NCBI GenBank assembly: GCA_964514555.1
Contig: CAZERM010000002.1
Span: 4,761 to 68,760, forward strand
DNA: 64,000 nucleotides
Reading direction: 5' to 3'
DNA from: an uncultured Lachnospiraceae bacterium
GTDB lineage: Bacteria > Bacillota > Clostridia > Oscillospirales > CAG-272
Shown piece by piece: positions 29,107-39,961 of the stretch. The position numbers and the translations under genes were made by a program. Below the pieces are notes generated by a model. It saw only the letters and a list, made by a program, of their open reading frames with translations, did no database searches and was not told the origin of the DNA. Every line of letters starts with the position of its first letter. Positions within the stretch are counted from its first letter, which is position 1.

Positions 29107-30010
29107 TTTTATCTGTATCCTCTCCGCCGTTTTTAGCGGCTATATATCTTTCATAGTAAAATAAATATTGTTGCGCGACACCTGCGTAGTCGCCGAGCGC
29201 GTCGAGATCTATGCCGTCGGGATAATATTTTTCAAGCACGCGCTTTATCCAAACATCTATCGGGAAAAATTCGAGCTTGTGAAAACCGAAAAGAAGCGTG
29301 CAAGCGGCAACCTTTTTGCCGACACCGCAAATGCTCATGAGCCTCTTTTCCGCTTCGAGCGCATCCGCCTTCTGAACAAAAGCGAGATCGACCTCTCCCG
29401 AGATGCATTTTTTCGCCGCATCGATAAGATATCGTGCACGAAAGCCCATCTTAAATGGGGCAAGCCCCGATTCACCTGCTTCGAGTATCGCTTGCGCCGT
29501 GGGGAACGCGAAATGTTCCTCTCCGTCAAAGCCGATGAAGCGCTTGCCAAGCCCTGCGGACATATTTTCGATTATCTTTTTTATGCGCGGTATATTGTTG
29601 TTTTGCGAGATTATAAAAGAAGCAAGAGCTTCCCAAGATTCCTGGCGCAATATCCTTATACCTTGGGCGCAGTCCATCGCTTTATATATCACATCGCCGT
29701 ATGCGCCGAAATGTGCGCCTATATCCTTGCGTATCTTGCCGTAATCCTCGTCAAGACCGAGAAAAGAGGCGAATGTTTTTTCATATTCTTCTTTTGTTAT
29801 GCCCGTGATGGTGATATCGTCATCTTTCTGCGATATGCAGAGAAACTTTCCGAATGCAACGCCTTTTGCCGTGTCGCCGTCAACCTCGAAGCGGAAGCAT
29901 TGACCGCAATCGAACGTCTGCGCGACAGAAAAATACGGCACTCCCGAAAGCACAACAAAATCATTGCCGTCCGCCGTCTTGCCGAAAGAAGAAAGATATC
30001 GTTTGTCCAT
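29099..30010 (-). CDS. ogg: 8-oxoguanine DNA glycosylase (Ogg1-type HhH-GPD)
   Basis: 303 aa with an OGG N-terminal domain, an HhH-GPD motif with the catalytic Lys (ICGVGKKVAACTLLF), and an Asp (PIDVWIKR). Confidence 0.85.
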   Translation of the reverse strand: MDKRYLSSFGKTADGNDFVVLSGVPYFSVAQTFDCGQCFRFEVDGDTAKGVAFGKFLCISQKDDDITITGITKEEYEKTFASFLGLDEDYGKIRKDIGAHFGAYGDVIYKAMDCAQGIRILRQESWEALASFIISQNNNIPRIKKIIENMSAGLGKRFIGFDGEEHFAFPTAQAILEAGESGLAPFKMGFRARYLIDAAKKCISGEVDLAFVQKADALEAEKRLMSICGVGKKVAACTLLFGFHKLEFFPIDVWIKRVLEKYYPDGIDLDALGDYAGVAQQYLFYYERYIAAKNGGEDTDKNA

Positions 30011-30162
30011 AATAGATCCACCGCTCCCAAAAGATATTAAATATCGGAATAGTTATATATAATATTATACTTTATTTTATATCATCGTGTCAACAAGCTT
30101 TATTTAAAGAAAGGGGATAGAGCGGCATTTTTTCCTTATTTTTCGGAATTTGGGGATGAGCG

Positions 30163-30190
30163 AGAAAAAACGCACCGAAAGGTGCGTTTC
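30163..30190 (-). terminator. Rho-independent terminator of htrA
   Basis: Stem AACGCACC/GGTGCGTT with a GAAA loop and a T-run on the minus strand. Confidence 0.8.
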
Positions 30191-30249
30191 TCCCCCTGCC
30201 TTTGGAGCAGAAGATCTATAAAATATGGAGAAAGGAACAAGCGTATTTA

Positions 30250-31545
30250 TTATGCGTTGGGGTTGAACTCAACGAATTTGAGCGTTATCTTTATCTCGTC
30301 GCAGTTGCGAAGGTAGAACTGAAGATTGCTCGTTTGGCTTGCGTTTTCGTTGGGACGATAGATTATAAATTCCACGGTATCGCCTACGGAATATGCCGTG
30401 AGCATCTGTTTGAGCGTGGAGAAGCTGTCTATCGCCGTGCCGTTGATGGAATAGAGGATATCTCCCTCTTTCATGCCCGCGAGATCCGCGCTGCCGCCTT
30501 CCGTTACGGAGGCGATCACGTTTACACCAGAATATTTATATCCGTTGGGCATTTCGATATAGTTATATACAGATACGCCGAGGCGAGCAACACCTGTAAC
30601 ATAGCCGTATTCTTTAAGGTCGTTTATGCAACGCTTTACCGTAGAGATCGGGATAGCGTAGCCTGTGTTATCGATGGAAGCACCCGAGGAAGTCGTGCCG
30701 GAAAGTTTTGCGTTTACGATGCCGACAAGCTGTCCTGCCGTATTGAAAAGACCGCCGCCGGAGTTACCGTTGTTTACCGCCGCATCTATCTGAACGAGCG
30801 TCATCGTTTCATATGTGCTGGAGAAAGTTACTTCTCTTTCGGGGGCGCTTACATAGCCGCTCGTAAGAGTGAAGCCGTTGCCGAGCGCGTTGCCGATAAC
30901 GATTATCTGCTCGCCGTAATTGAGCGCTTCGTCGCATATCTCAACTGTGGGGCAGTTTGTTTTTTCTATCTTGATAACGGAAATATCGAGGCTCTCATCG
31001 CCGTAAACATATGTTGCATCATATACTTCGCCGTTAAAGAGCGTTACTTTTATCTCGCCTGCATCAGCGCCGACAACGTGGTAATTCGTGATTATATAAC
31101 CGTCTTTGTCGTAGATCACGCCCGAACCCGAGCCTTGACCCGTAACTGTTATAAGTACGCTTGCATCGAGGCATTTCTGTGCAACGGATTCTACCTTGCC
31201 CTCTGTTGCCGCGGATACTACACCGCTTACGGTGGGTGCCGTATATGCGTTCGAAGTCGTGTCTTCGACGTTTACGTTAGATGATGTTGTGGAATTTTCG
31301 CCTGTTGTTGACGAGGATGCGGAGCCGATGGAAAATTTGCCGCCACCCATAGTATATCCTGCCATAAGCGTGCCTGCCAAAACCACAGTACACAAAAGAA
31401 CCGCAGGAACCAAGCCTTTTTTCGAGGAAGGTCCTTTTTTATTATTGTTCGAACCCTGCTGTCCGCCGTCTACACCGCCGTTATTATTGTTGAATTGGTC
31501 GTAGCCACCGTTATTATTTTTATCTTCTTCGTTAAAAGACCACAT
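30250..31545 (-). CDS. htrA: HtrA/DegP-family serine protease with PDZ domain
   Basis: 431 aa with an N/G/Q-rich N-terminal tail, a TM helix, a trypsin-like domain (GNSGGGLF) and a C-terminal PDZ domain. Confidence 0.9.
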   Translation of the reverse strand: MWSFNEEDKNNNGGYDQFNNNNGGVDGGQQGSNNNKKGPSSKKGLVPAVLLCTVVLAGTLMAGYTMGGGKFSIGSASSSTTGENSTTSSNVNVEDTTSNAYTAPTVSGVVSAATEGKVESVAQKCLDASVLITVTGQGSGSGVIYDKDGYIITNYHVVGADAGEIKVTLFNGEVYDATYVYGDESLDISVIKIEKTNCPTVEICDEALNYGEQIIVIGNALGNGFTLTSGYVSAPEREVTFSSTYETMTLVQIDAAVNNGNSGGGLFNTAGQLVGIVNAKLSGTTSSGASIDNTGYAIPISTVKRCINDLKEYGYVTGVARLGVSVYNYIEMPNGYKYSGVNVIASVTEGGSADLAGMKEGDILYSINGTAIDSFSTLKQMLTAYSVGDTVEFIIYRPNENASQTSNLQFYLRNCDEIKITLKFVEFNPNA

Positions 31546-31778
31546 GATTTTTCTCCTTCTGATTTACTTCGCCGATTACATTATAATTCAATTTTGTTAC
31601 AAATACATGAACCCACGGTTTAATTCGTGTAAACAAGTTTTTATTTTTCCTTGAATAAGAGCGATTTTAGGGGTATAATGGATTATAACAACGAAAATGA
31701 TATCACAGCGAAGATATTTTTCAAATTATGCATATGATATAGTATACTCTTTTTTATTAAAAAATAAAAGGTCATTTT

Positions 31779-32360
31779 ATGAACAAATTAAAAATTTCTG
31801 TTTTCAAGAAGATACCCACGCTGACGAGCGAACATCTGGTGCTTCGAAAGATGCTCCCATCGGACGACGCGGATATGTTCGAATATGCGAGAAACCCTGC
31901 GGTTACGCGATTTTTGCTTTGGGAGCCGCACGTAAGCCAACGCTTTACGCACAGCTACTTAAAATTTATACAATCTCAATATTCCTCCGGCAATTTTTAT
32001 GATTGGGCAATAACGCTTGCGGACAGCGGAAAGATGATAGGTACCTGCGGCTTTGCTTCGATAGACGAGGAGAACAACTGCGGCGAGATAGGATATGTTC
32101 TCAACCCTCAATACTGGGGTAAAGGCTTGGCTGCGGAGGCACTCTTGCGCGTTATGCGGTTCGGTTTTGACTACATGAGCTTTCACCGCGTATATGTCCG
32201 CATAATGGAACACAACACCGCAAGCGAGCGTGTCGCGGAAAAATGCGGTATGCGCCACGAGGCAACTCTCAAAAGCTCTCTGCTTGTAAAAGGCGAATAC
32301 CGCACCATAAAAATATATGCTTTGCTTCGCGACGAATTTCACGAAAGATACGCTCAATAA
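31779..32360 (+). CDS. GNAT family N-acetyltransferase (RimJ/RimL-like)
   Basis: 193 aa with motif QYWGKGLAAEAL and an acetyl-CoA-binding pattern. Confidence 0.85.
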   Translation: MNKLKISVFKKIPTLTSEHLVLRKMLPSDDADMFEYARNPAVTRFLLWEPHVSQRFTHSYLKFIQSQYSSGNFYDWAITLADSGKMIGTCGFASIDEENNCGEIGYVLNPQYWGKGLAAEALLRVMRFGFDYMSFHRVYVRIMEHNTASERVAEKCGMRHEATLKSSLLVKGEYRTIKIYALLRDEFHERYAQ

Positions 32361-32539
32361 TGCTTTTTCGCCGTATTTGTCGATTAGTTTTTTCGCATTT
32401 TGACCGAATAAAGTTGACAAGCACAGCGGAAATAATATATAATATATTTATGGAATTATACCCTTAAATAAATACATATAAAATCAAACAGTTTTAATGC
32501 ATCGGCGCGTTAAGAGCCGATACCCGAAAGGCAAAAATT

Positions 32540-33424
32540 ATGATAAGAAGCATGACCGCATTCGGTCGCGCGACGGGAAAAGCGCCCGGCCGCGATATCA
32601 TTGTGGAAATAAAATCAGTAAACAACCGTTTTTTGGACTGCCAGGTAAAATTGCCGCGCATATTCGCTTTTCTTGAAGAAAAAGTTAAACAGCGCATTTC
32701 CGAGCGCGGTATCTCGCGCGGTAAGATAGATGTCTTCATCACTATCGACGTTACCGACACAGCGGGACTTGAAGTGGAGATCGACAGAACATACGCAAAA
32801 AGCTATATCGAAGCGCTCAAAAAGCTTTCCGAGGAATTTGACCTTCCTTGCGATATAACGACTATGCGCGTGGCGCAGAACCGCGATATATTCGCCGTTA
32901 AACGTGCGGAAGAAGATGTCGAAGCCGAATGGCAGGCTCTGCTCCCCACACTTGACGAAGCGCTCGACGCTTTCATCGCCGCAAGAAACCGCGAAGGCGA
33001 AAATATGCGCCGCGATATCGTGGAAAAGAAAGCAAGAGTAAAAGAGCTTGCGGAAAAGATAGCTCCAATTTCCGCAAAGGACAAAGCAAACCAATTTGCA
33101 AAGATGAAAGAACGCATATTGGAACTTGTCGGCGACACAGTTTCGCTCGACGAAAGCAAGCTTATAACGGAATGTGCCGTTTTTGCGGACAAGATAGCCG
33201 TAGATGAAGAAACGGTGCGCCTTGCTTCCCATTTCGATGCATTCGACTCCATACTCGAAACAAACGAACCTGTCGGCAGAAAGCTCGACTTTTTGCTCCA
33301 GGAGATGAACAGAGAGACAAACACCATCGGTTCTAAAGCTTGCGATACGGAGATCGCCCGTATCGTCGTAGAGATGAAATCCGAGCTTGAAAAGATACGC
33401 GAACAGATCCAGAATATCGAGTAA
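32540..33424 (+). CDS. yicC: YicC family protein
   Basis: 294 aa. N-terminus [10 protein letters not shown] and C-terminus [12 protein letters not shown]...IREQIQNIE are typical of the family. Confidence 0.92.
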   Translation: MIRSMTAFGRATGKAPGRDIIVEIKSVNNRFLDCQVKLPRIFAFLEEKVKQRISERGISRGKIDVFITIDVTDTAGLEVEIDRTYAKSYIEALKKLSEEFDLPCDITTMRVAQNRDIFAVKRAEEDVEAEWQALLPTLDEALDAFIAARNREGENMRRDIVEKKARVKELAEKIAPISAKDKANQFAKMKERILELVGDTVSLDESKLITECAVFADKIAVDEETVRLASHFDAFDSILETNEPVGRKLDFLLQEMNRETNTIGSKACDTEIARIVVEMKSELEKIREQIQNIE

Positions 33425-33444
33425 GCTCGGCAGAAGGGACTTTT

Positions 33445-33720
33445 ATGAAATTTATAAATATCGGATTTGGCAACATGGTCGCCGCGCACCGAGTGGTAAC
33501 GCTCGCCAGCCCCGATTCTGCGCCTATCAAAAGACTTATTCAAGATGCAAAGGACTCCGGCAGAGTTATTGATGTTTCGTGCGGCAGACGCACACGTTCC
33601 GTCATCGTTACGGATTCCGAGCACGTGATCCTTTCCGCTATCCAACCCGAGACCATCGCAGTTCGCCTTAACGGACAGAACGACGACGGCGACGACGAAG
33701 CGGATTCTTCGGAGGAATGA
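33445..33720 (+). CDS. remA: RemA/DUF370 family regulator
   Basis: 91 aa, starting [18 protein letters not shown]. It has an acidic C-terminal tail. Confidence 0.9.
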   Translation: MKFINIGFGNMVAAHRVVTLASPDSAPIKRLIQDAKDSGRVIDVSCGRRTRSVIVTDSEHVILSAIQPETIAVRLNGQNDDGDDEADSSEE

Positions 33721-34328
33721 AAGACATGAAAAAAGGACTTCTTTTTGTAATATCAGGCCCCGCCGGAACAGGCAAGGGCACAGTTATCAAACATTTGCTT
33801 GAAACAGGCGAATTTTTCTATTCCGTTTCCGCAACGACACGCTCCCCTCGCCCCGGCGAAGAACACGGCGTGAACTACTATTTCGTTTCAAGAGATGAAT
33901 TTGAAACGAAGATAAATGACGGCGATATGCTCGAATATGCAGAATACGTCGGCAACTATTACGGCACGCCCAAGAGCGCCGTTGAAAACGCTCTTGCGGA
34001 AGGCAAAAACGTTATTTTGGAGATAGAGACGAAGGGCGCTTTGCAGATACGCGAAAAAATGCCCGAAGCTATCCTTATCCTCATCCTCGCGCCCGATATC
34101 AAAACGCTCGAAGCACGTCTTGTGGGCAGAGGCACGGAAAGCGCCGATGTCGTTGCAAAACGTATGAACGAAGCGCGCCGCGAGGTCGCTCTCCTCGATA
34201 AATACGATTATGTCGTTGTAAACGAGGACGGCAAGAGCGAAGACGCAGCAGCCGCTATCTACAAGATCTCCGAAACGGAAAAGCTCCGCGCGGAGAGAAA
34301 CCTTTCTCTTAAAGAGAAATTCATTTAA
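33717..34328 (+). CDS. gmk: Guanylate kinase
   Basis: 203 aa with P-loop [10 protein letters not shown] and motif YYFVSRDEF. Confidence 0.95.
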   Translation: MKDMKKGLLFVISGPAGTGKGTVIKHLLETGEFFYSVSATTRSPRPGEEHGVNYYFVSRDEFETKINDGDMLEYAEYVGNYYGTPKSAVENALAEGKNVILEIETKGALQIREKMPEAILILILAPDIKTLEARLVGRGTESADVVAKRMNEARREVALLDKYDYVVVNEDGKSEDAAAAIYKISETEKLRAERNLSLKEKFI

Positions 34329-34394
34329 CCAGGCAAACATTTTTGAATCTTTACATAAACAAATTTAAAATATTTTTTCGGAGGTACTTCAATT

Positions 34395-34727
34395 ATGATG
34401 ATAAAACCGTCTATTGACCAGCTTACACACGGCGGTCAGATCAACCGTTATGAGCTCGTTATAGCAACATCCAAGGTTGCACGTGCGATCACAGATGAAT
34501 ATTGCGAACAGCGTGAACACGCAGAAGCTATGGTCCATGACCAGAAAGACAAAACGATCGCTTCCTTTATCAGAGCGAACATCCGCGACAAAAAAGCGGT
34601 TGAAAACGCTGTTCAGGCTCTTGCCGCAGGCGAATACGAAGTTGTCGTTCCCGCAAGCGTTGAAGCTAACGAGGATGAAGAAGAAGCTATGGCTAAAGAA
34701 GCCGCAACGGAAGAATCTGCTGAATAA
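34395..34727 (+). CDS. rpoZ: DNA-directed RNA polymerase subunit omega
   Basis: 110 aa with motif NRYELVIATSKVAR and an acidic C-terminal extension. Confidence 0.9.
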   Translation: MMIKPSIDQLTHGGQINRYELVIATSKVARAITDEYCEQREHAEAMVHDQKDKTIASFIRANIRDKKAVENAVQALAAGEYEVVVPASVEANEDEEEAMAKEAATEESAE

Positions 34728-37168
34728 TGGAAGCCTATGTAAAAACGGTCGGGGTGCGCTTGCTCGATGTCCCTTACCATCTTGACATAGAATATACATA
34801 CTATATCCCCGAAGGATCCGCCGATGTCGCGGTCGGCGATTTTGTTATCGTGCCTTTTGGCGCCGGAAACAAAAAATTCACCGCCGTGGCAACGAACATA
34901 TCGTTTACGGACAGACCTGAAAACCTGAAACCCATATTCAAGGTATACGGGGAGGAAATACGTCTTACAAAAAAAATGCTGCGCCTTGCCGATTTCCTCT
35001 GCGGGCGCACATTCTGTTCTTTCGGGGATGCGGCAAAAAGACTCTGCCCTTCTGACCTGATACCGCAGGCGAGCGAATATTTTGCCGTGAACGAAAACTT
35101 TTCGCAAACGCCGTATACTCGGCGATATGCCGCCGCTTTGGCTTATGTTGAAGAGCACGGCGCCATGAACCGCGATAAGCTCATCTCCGACACAGGTATA
35201 TCAGCTGCGGCTCTTTCGCGACTTTGCCGCGAGGGGGCACTCGTCAAAACAACAAGATCCAGCATTTCCGAGGGCGCAAGTACAACGCTCGTTGCTCTTG
35301 CGGAAAACGCGGATCCCTCCGTTTTGGAAAAGCCACGCACACCTGCTTCGCATCAGGAGCTTTACGCAATAGTTGCGGAATGCGGCATAATAGAGAAAAA
35401 ATCGCTTTTGGCGGAGGGCTTCAAGCCCTCGCAGATATCCGCCCTTGAAAAAAAGGGGCTTATCCGCTTTGAAAAGCGCGAAGTCATCCGCAACCCATAC
35501 CAAAACATAGATGCGCCCGACGTAGAGATAGTTCTTTCCGAGGAACAGCAGGCGGCAAAAGAAAAACTTATGGCGCTTTGCGACGGCACGCCACACGCAG
35601 CTCTGCTCCACGGTGTTACGGGTTCGGGCAAGACAAGCGTCATCATCTCCGTTTGTGAGGAGCTTATCAAAAGAGGCAAAAGCGCCATCGTACTCGTACC
35701 CGAGATAGCTCTTACGTGGCAATCCGTTTCCGTTTTTGCAGGAAAATTCAAAAAACGACTTGCCGTCATACATTCCGCGCTCTCCGAGGGCGAAAAAGCA
35801 GATACCTTCAAGCGCATACAACGCGGCGAGGTCGATGTCGTGCTCGGTACGCGCTCCGCGCTCTTTGCTCCGCTTGAAAACATCGGTGTTGTCGTTATCG
35901 ACGAGGAGCAAGAGCACACTTATAAATCGGATATGTCGCCGAAATATCATGCGCGCGATGTCGCTCGATTCCTTTGCGCGGAAAACGGCGCTCTTATGCT
36001 GTTGGCAAGCGCTACGCCGAGCGTTGAAACATATTACCGCGCCAAAAGCGGCATATATTCGCTCGTAACATTATCATCTCGCTACGGAAACGCGCGTATG
36101 CCGAAAGTATTCATTTCCGATATGCGAGAAAACGTGAGCATAACAGGCGAAGAAAACATCGGCAACGAGCTTGCTTGCGAGCTTGAAGCGAACCTTGAAC
36201 ACGGTTTTCAATCCATCTTGTTTTTGAACAGGAGAGGATATAACAGCTATTTTTCGTGCCGTTCCTGCGGCAAAGCGGTTCTTTGCCCGAACTGCTCCGT
36301 AACGCTTACATATCATCTTTACAAAAAGAGCGGCAAAAGCTATCTGCAATGCCACTATTGCGGTCATAGAGAACCTGCTCCGATGCTCTGCCCCACTTGC
36401 GGAAGCGAGCATATCACGGGCGGCGGTTACGGAACGCAGAAGATAGAAGAAGAGCTTGCGATGCGCTTTCCCGACGCACGAGTTTTGCGCCTTGATGCTG
36501 ACTCGACACGCACAAAGTTTTCGCAGGACAAGATACTTTCCGATTTTCGCGAGGGAAAAGCGGATATCCTCATCGGCACGCAGATGGTAACAAAGGGGCA
36601 CAATTTCCCACTGGTTACGCTCGTAGGTGTCGTAAACGCGGACAATTCGCTCTTTATGAACGATTTTCGCTCAGGCGAACGCACATTTTCCGTTATAACT
36701 CAAGTTGTCGGCAGAGCAGGCAGGGGCGAACACCCCGGCAGGGCACTCATCCAAACATACAACCCCGACAATGAAACACTCGAACTTTCCGCTTCGCAAA
36801 ATTACGAAAGATTTTACGAAAGTGAGATAAAAATGCGAAAGAACTTTTTGTTTCCGCCGTTCTGCGATGTGGCGCTGTTCGGTTTCTCCAGCACGGAGGA
36901 AGCCGCGCTCTCCGCATTTGCCGAGGATTTTGCCGCGGAACTGAAACGAACACACAAAAAAGAATTTCGCGATATACCGCTCGTCATATTCGGTCCGTTC
37001 GATGCTCCGATATATAAGATAGGCGGAAAATTCCGAAAACAGGTGATAGTAAAACACAAAAGCACGGCTCGCACGCGCGAACTTTTCGCAAAGCTTTTGC
37101 GCCAATTCGGAAAGATAGCAAAAAACAAGATAACGATATCGATAGATATCAACCCAAGTAATATGTAG
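34727..37168 (+). CDS. priA: Primosomal protein N' (replication restart helicase)
   Basis: 813 aa with Walker A GVTGSGKT, a DEEQE box and a Cys-rich zinc region (CRSCG..CPNC..CHYCG..CPTCG). Confidence 0.95.
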   Translation: MEAYVKTVGVRLLDVPYHLDIEYTYYIPEGSADVAVGDFVIVPFGAGNKKFTAVATNISFTDRPENLKPIFKVYGEEIRLTKKMLRLADFLCGRTFCSFGDAAKRLCPSDLIPQASEYFAVNENFSQTPYTRRYAAALAYVEEHGAMNRDKLISDTGISAAALSRLCREGALVKTTRSSISEGASTTLVALAENADPSVLEKPRTPASHQELYAIVAECGIIEKKSLLAEGFKPSQISALEKKGLIRFEKREVIRNPYQNIDAPDVEIVLSEEQQAAKEKLMALCDGTPHAALLHGVTGSGKTSVIISVCEELIKRGKSAIVLVPEIALTWQSVSVFAGKFKKRLAVIHSALSEGEKADTFKRIQRGEVDVVLGTRSALFAPLENIGVVVIDEEQEHTYKSDMSPKYHARDVARFLCAENGALMLLASATPSVETYYRAKSGIYSLVTLSSRYGNARMPKVFISDMRENVSITGEENIGNELACELEANLEHGFQSILFLNRRGYNSYFSCRSCGKAVLCPNCSVTLTYHLYKKSGKSYLQCHYCGHREPAPMLCPTCGSEHITGGGYGTQKIEEELAMRFPDARVLRLDADSTRTKFSQDKILSDFREGKADILIGTQMVTKGHNFPLVTLVGVVNADNSLFMNDFRSGERTFSVITQVVGRAGRGEHPGRALIQTYNPDNETLELSASQNYERFYESEIKMRKNFLFPPFCDVALFGFSSTEEAALSAFAEDFAAELKRTHKKEFRDIPLVIFGPFDAPIYKIGGKFRKQVIVKHKSTARTRELFAKLLRQFGKIAKNKITISIDINPSNM

Positions 37169-37196
37169 ACCGATTTAAAAAAGACAGGAGTTTTTT

Positions 37197-37685
37197 ATGG
37201 CAAAACTTAAAATATTGACAGATAAAGACCCCACCTTGCGTAAAACTTGCCGCAAGGTGGACAAGATAACAGACAGAACACTCACTCTTCTTGACGATAT
37301 GCTCGAAACTATGCGTAAAGCAAACGGCGTAGGTTTGGCAGCACCCCAGGTAGGCATACTCCGCAGAATAGTTGTTATCGAAGTTGTAGACGGCGAAGTT
37401 CTCGAGCTCATCAACCCCGAGATAATCGAAGAGAACGGCAGCCAGACGGGATATGAAGGTTGCCTTTCCCTCCCCGGCAGAACAGGCATCGTTACTCGCC
37501 CCGACTATGTTAAGGTAAAAGCACTCGACAGAAACGGCGAAGAAAAGATATACGAAGGCACAGGTCTTCTTGCTCGTTGCTTCTGCCATGAGCTCGGACA
37601 CCTCGACGGTATCCTTTACCCCGATGTAGCGGACAGAATGCTCACGGAAGAAGAATATGACGAATATATGGAGAGCGACGACTGA
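37197..37685 (+). CDS. def: Peptide deformylase
   Basis: 162 aa with motifs GVGLAAPQ, EGCLS and HELGH. Confidence 0.96.
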   Translation: MAKLKILTDKDPTLRKTCRKVDKITDRTLTLLDDMLETMRKANGVGLAAPQVGILRRIVVIEVVDGEVLELINPEIIEENGSQTGYEGCLSLPGRTGIVTRPDYVKVKALDRNGEEKIYEGTGLLARCFCHELGHLDGILYPDVADRMLTEEEYDEYMESDD

Positions 37686-38629
37686 TGAAGATACTTTTTA
37701 TGGGAACGCCTGAGTTTGCCGTTACGGCTCTCCGCGCGATCCACGAAAAATACGGCGCAGACGTTGTGGGCGTAGTTACAAGAATAGATATGCCCAAAAA
37801 CCGCGGTCATGCGCTCACTCCCCCTCCCGTAAAGGTAGCGGCTCTTGAAATGGGTCTTCCCGTTTTCCAGCCCGACAACCTCAAGGAAGAAAACTTTAAA
37901 GAAACACTTGAAACGCTCGCACCCGATATCATAATCGTTGCGGCATACGGCAAGATATTGCCCGAATATGTACTCAATTATCCCAAGCACGGTTGCCTTA
38001 ACATCCATGCTTCCTACCTTCCCGAATACAGAGGTGCTGCGCCCATCGCTCGCGCTATCATGGACGGCAAAACAGAACTTGGTATCACTATAATGTACAT
38101 GGAAAAAGGTCTTGATACCGGCGATATGCTTGCGCGCGAAATGCTCACGTTCGAAAACGAGAACAAAGGCGAAGCGGAAAATGCCCTTGCAAAGCTCGGC
38201 GCAGACATGATGCTTCGCAAGCTCGAAGATCTTGAAAACGGCATCGTCGGCGAAAAAATAAAGCAGGACGATTCCCTTTCCACTTATGCCGCTAAGATCG
38301 AAAAAGAAGATTGCAAGATCGATTTTAACAGAAGCGCAAAGGATATCAAAAATCAGATCCGCGCGCTTGCCCCCGCACCTTATGCTTTTTCTCGCATCAA
38401 CGGCAAAAGCGTTAAGATAACTCTTTCAAGCGTTGCCGACGAAACGACAGGCAAAGAAGCAGGCACAGTTATCGCCGTTTCCCCCAAGGGCGCAGGCAAG
38501 ATAGCCGTTGCAACGGCAGACGGCGTGCTCAACATAGAGCGCCTTATTCCCGAAGGCAAAAAAGAAATGTCCGCAGGTGATTTCGTTCGCGGTCGCGGTG
38601 TTGCCGAAGGCGACAAATTTGAATTTTAA
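37685..38629 (+). CDS. fmt: Methionyl-tRNA formyltransferase
   Basis: 314 aa, starting MKILFMGTPEFAV, with the HASYLPEYRGAAPI motif. Confidence 0.96.
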   Translation: MKILFMGTPEFAVTALRAIHEKYGADVVGVVTRIDMPKNRGHALTPPPVKVAALEMGLPVFQPDNLKEENFKETLETLAPDIIIVAAYGKILPEYVLNYPKHGCLNIHASYLPEYRGAAPIARAIMDGKTELGITIMYMEKGLDTGDMLAREMLTFENENKGEAENALAKLGADMMLRKLEDLENGIVGEKIKQDDSLSTYAAKIEKEDCKIDFNRSAKDIKNQIRALAPAPYAFSRINGKSVKITLSSVADETTGKEAGTVIAVSPKGAGKIAVATADGVLNIERLIPEGKKEMSAGDFVRGRGVAEGDKFEF

Positions 38630-38649
38630 TTTTTGATGAGGATAAGCAA

Positions 38650-39957
38650 ATGAACGCAAGAGAAGCGGCTTACACAGCCTTATTAAGGCACGAAAACAAT
38701 GCATCCTACTCCAACATAGAACTTGATGCAACGATAAAAAAATACCAACTTGAGGGTGTGGAACGCTCCTTCTGCACGGCTCTTTTTTACGGTGTTATAG
38801 AAAGAGCGATAACGCTTGACTACTACATCTCCAAGCTCTCCGACAGAGCGGATATAGACACGAACGTGCGCGTCATACTTCGCATGGGTCTTTACCAGAT
38901 AATCTACATGGATAAAGTGCCCGATTCCGCCGCCGTAAATGAAAGCGTAGGCCTTGCGCGCCGCTTTTGGGCGCGCAAAAACAGCGAAGGTTTTATAAAC
39001 GCAGTTCTTCGATCTTACCTTCGCGAAAAGGACAATATAATGCTTCCCGATTGGCGCAAGGAACCGATAAAGCATCTTTCCGTCAAATATTCAATGCCCG
39101 AATGGCTCTGCCTCCATTTTTCCGAAAATTACGGCAGATCGGCAACGGAAAAGATATTCGATGAATTTAACAAAGTGCCTCCGCTCACGCTCCGCGTAAA
39201 CACGCTCAAAACAACGCGTGAAAGCCTTCAGAGTCGTCTTGCCGAATGCGGCATCATGTCTCAGCCGACGAAAAACGCGCCGAACGGTCTTTTGCTCGCG
39301 GGCGGCACACCTTATTCCGCGCTCGAACCGTTTGCAGGTGAATTTTTCGTTCAAAACGAAGCTTCGCAGATATGTGTTGAAGTGTTGGGCGCTCGCCAAG
39401 GCGAAACAGTGCTCGACGCTTGCGCTTGCCCCGGCGGCAAGAGCTTCGGCATGGCTATCGACATGAACAACGAAGGAACCATACATTCCTGCGACTTACA
39501 CAAAAACAAGCTCTCGCTCATCGCAAAGGGCGCTCAAGACCTCGGCATATCTATCGTTGAAACGATGGAGCGCAACGCCGCAAAAGAGGACACTCGCGGC
39601 ATCGTTTACGACCGCATACTTTGCGACGTTCCCTGTTCCGGTCTCGGCGTTATCGCGCAGAAGCCCGATATCAAGCGCAAAAAATCTGCGGACATCGAAA
39701 GACTCCCCACAGTGCAATTAAACATCTTGCGCGAAAGTGCAAAGCATTTGAAAAACGGCGGCACGCTCGTTTATTCGACCTGCACGCTCAACCCCAAGGA
39801 AAACAAAGACATCGTGAACGCTTTCCTTGCTGAGAATAAGGAATTTTCCCTTGTTCCGTTTGAAGTAGGCGACATCAAAACAGACGGTATGACGGAGCTT
39901 TTCCCTCATATTCATCACACCAACGGATTTTTTATATCGAAATTGAAAAAGAATTAA
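38650..39957 (+). CDS. rsmB: 16S rRNA (cytosine967-C5)-methyltransferase
   Basis: 435 aa with a NusB-like N-terminus, a SAM MTase domain (DACACPGGKS) and catalytic motifs DVPCSG and YSTCT. Confidence 0.92.
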   Translation: MNAREAAYTALLRHENNASYSNIELDATIKKYQLEGVERSFCTALFYGVIERAITLDYYISKLSDRADIDTNVRVILRMGLYQIIYMDKVPDSAAVNESVGLARRFWARKNSEGFINAVLRSYLREKDNIMLPDWRKEPIKHLSVKYSMPEWLCLHFSENYGRSATEKIFDEFNKVPPLTLRVNTLKTTRESLQSRLAECGIMSQPTKNAPNGLLLAGGTPYSALEPFAGEFFVQNEASQICVEVLGARQGETVLDACACPGGKSFGMAIDMNNEGTIHSCDLHKNKLSLIAKGAQDLGISIVETMERNAAKEDTRGIVYDRILCDVPCSGLGVIAQKPDIKRKKSADIERLPTVQLNILRESAKHLKNGGTLVYSTCTLNPKENKDIVNAFLAENKEFSLVPFEVGDIKTDGMTELFPHIHHTNGFFISKLKKN

Positions 39958-39961
39958 CATT

